Assembly: GCF_026571515.1 (NCBI RefSeq)
Contig: NW_026852705.1
Span: forward strand, 1 to 64,000
Direction: 5' to 3'
Source: Ruditapes philippinarum
Lineage: Eukaryota
Length of the DNA: 64,000 nt
In this document: positions 63,601 through 64,000 of the stretch, piece after piece
Position numbering within the stretch: the first letter of the stretch is position 1
Layout of the letters: each line of letters opens with the position of its first letter
The notes under the pieces: generated by a model
What the model was told of the DNA's origin: nothing
The model's input: only the letters and a program-made list of their open reading frames with translations
The model's database searches: none
Position numbers and translations under genes: made by a program

Positions 63601-64000
63601 ATCGTCAATTTTATAGCATTTCTCTTGCCGCACTTCATTTTAATCACTTTATAAGCCAAGGCACAGTTTACCAAGCATATATCTGAAATTAATAGTATAA
63701 ATATGTTAATTATGAGTGTGCAAATAGTTTATTAAAAAGTTTATATACCGACAAGTAACATGAGTACCTTAATTAAGGCAAGATTCATTAGAGCGACAAG
63801 GAATCTTATTTATTTTATTATCAAACAACTTATACTAATAATTATTGGTTACATGTAACATAATTAAACTTAATTAACTTAAAGATTTTATTAAAATATG
63901 AAAAGACGTCTTTTGTTTATTGAATTAAATTTGAAAGTTAGAAAAAAAGGTGATCGTGTTACGAAACAACTTCGTCCAGTTTTTCAATAGGATGATGTTC

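Overview
AT-rich eukaryotic DNA from an invertebrate, probably a bivalve mollusc (inferred from the Fanzor2 type and repeat types; the window has spliceosomal introns, SINEs and MITEs). The main feature is at 0.7-8.5 kb. An intact, intronless Fanzor2 (TnpB-derived RNA-guided nuclease, minus strand, likely start ATG 8393) is followed by three same-strand copies of its omegaRNA scaffold (6845-6949, 998-1102, 695-799), each with a different guide. The 3' end of the scaffold is also the right terminal inverted repeat (TIR) of a transposon whose left TIR lies at 8502-8519. Only the outermost copy has a perfect TTAA matching the TTAA at the left end, which suggests one ~7.8 kb piggyBac-like element carrying two fixed internal guides plus one insertion-site guide. 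Between the omegaRNAs lies a ~4 kb higher-order array of two strongly foldable units: 5 copies of a ~315-nt multi-branch unit A, and 11 full plus 1 partial copy of a ~192-nt hairpin-chain unit B. The rest of the window looks like ordinary host DNA: HAPSTR1/C16orf72 (4 exons), a carbohydrate sulfotransferase, two tandem paralogous uncharacterised proteins, three small spliced ORFs, and many MITEs, SINEs, foldbacks and minisatellites. All alignments and folds were done by eye; no database search or folding program was run.
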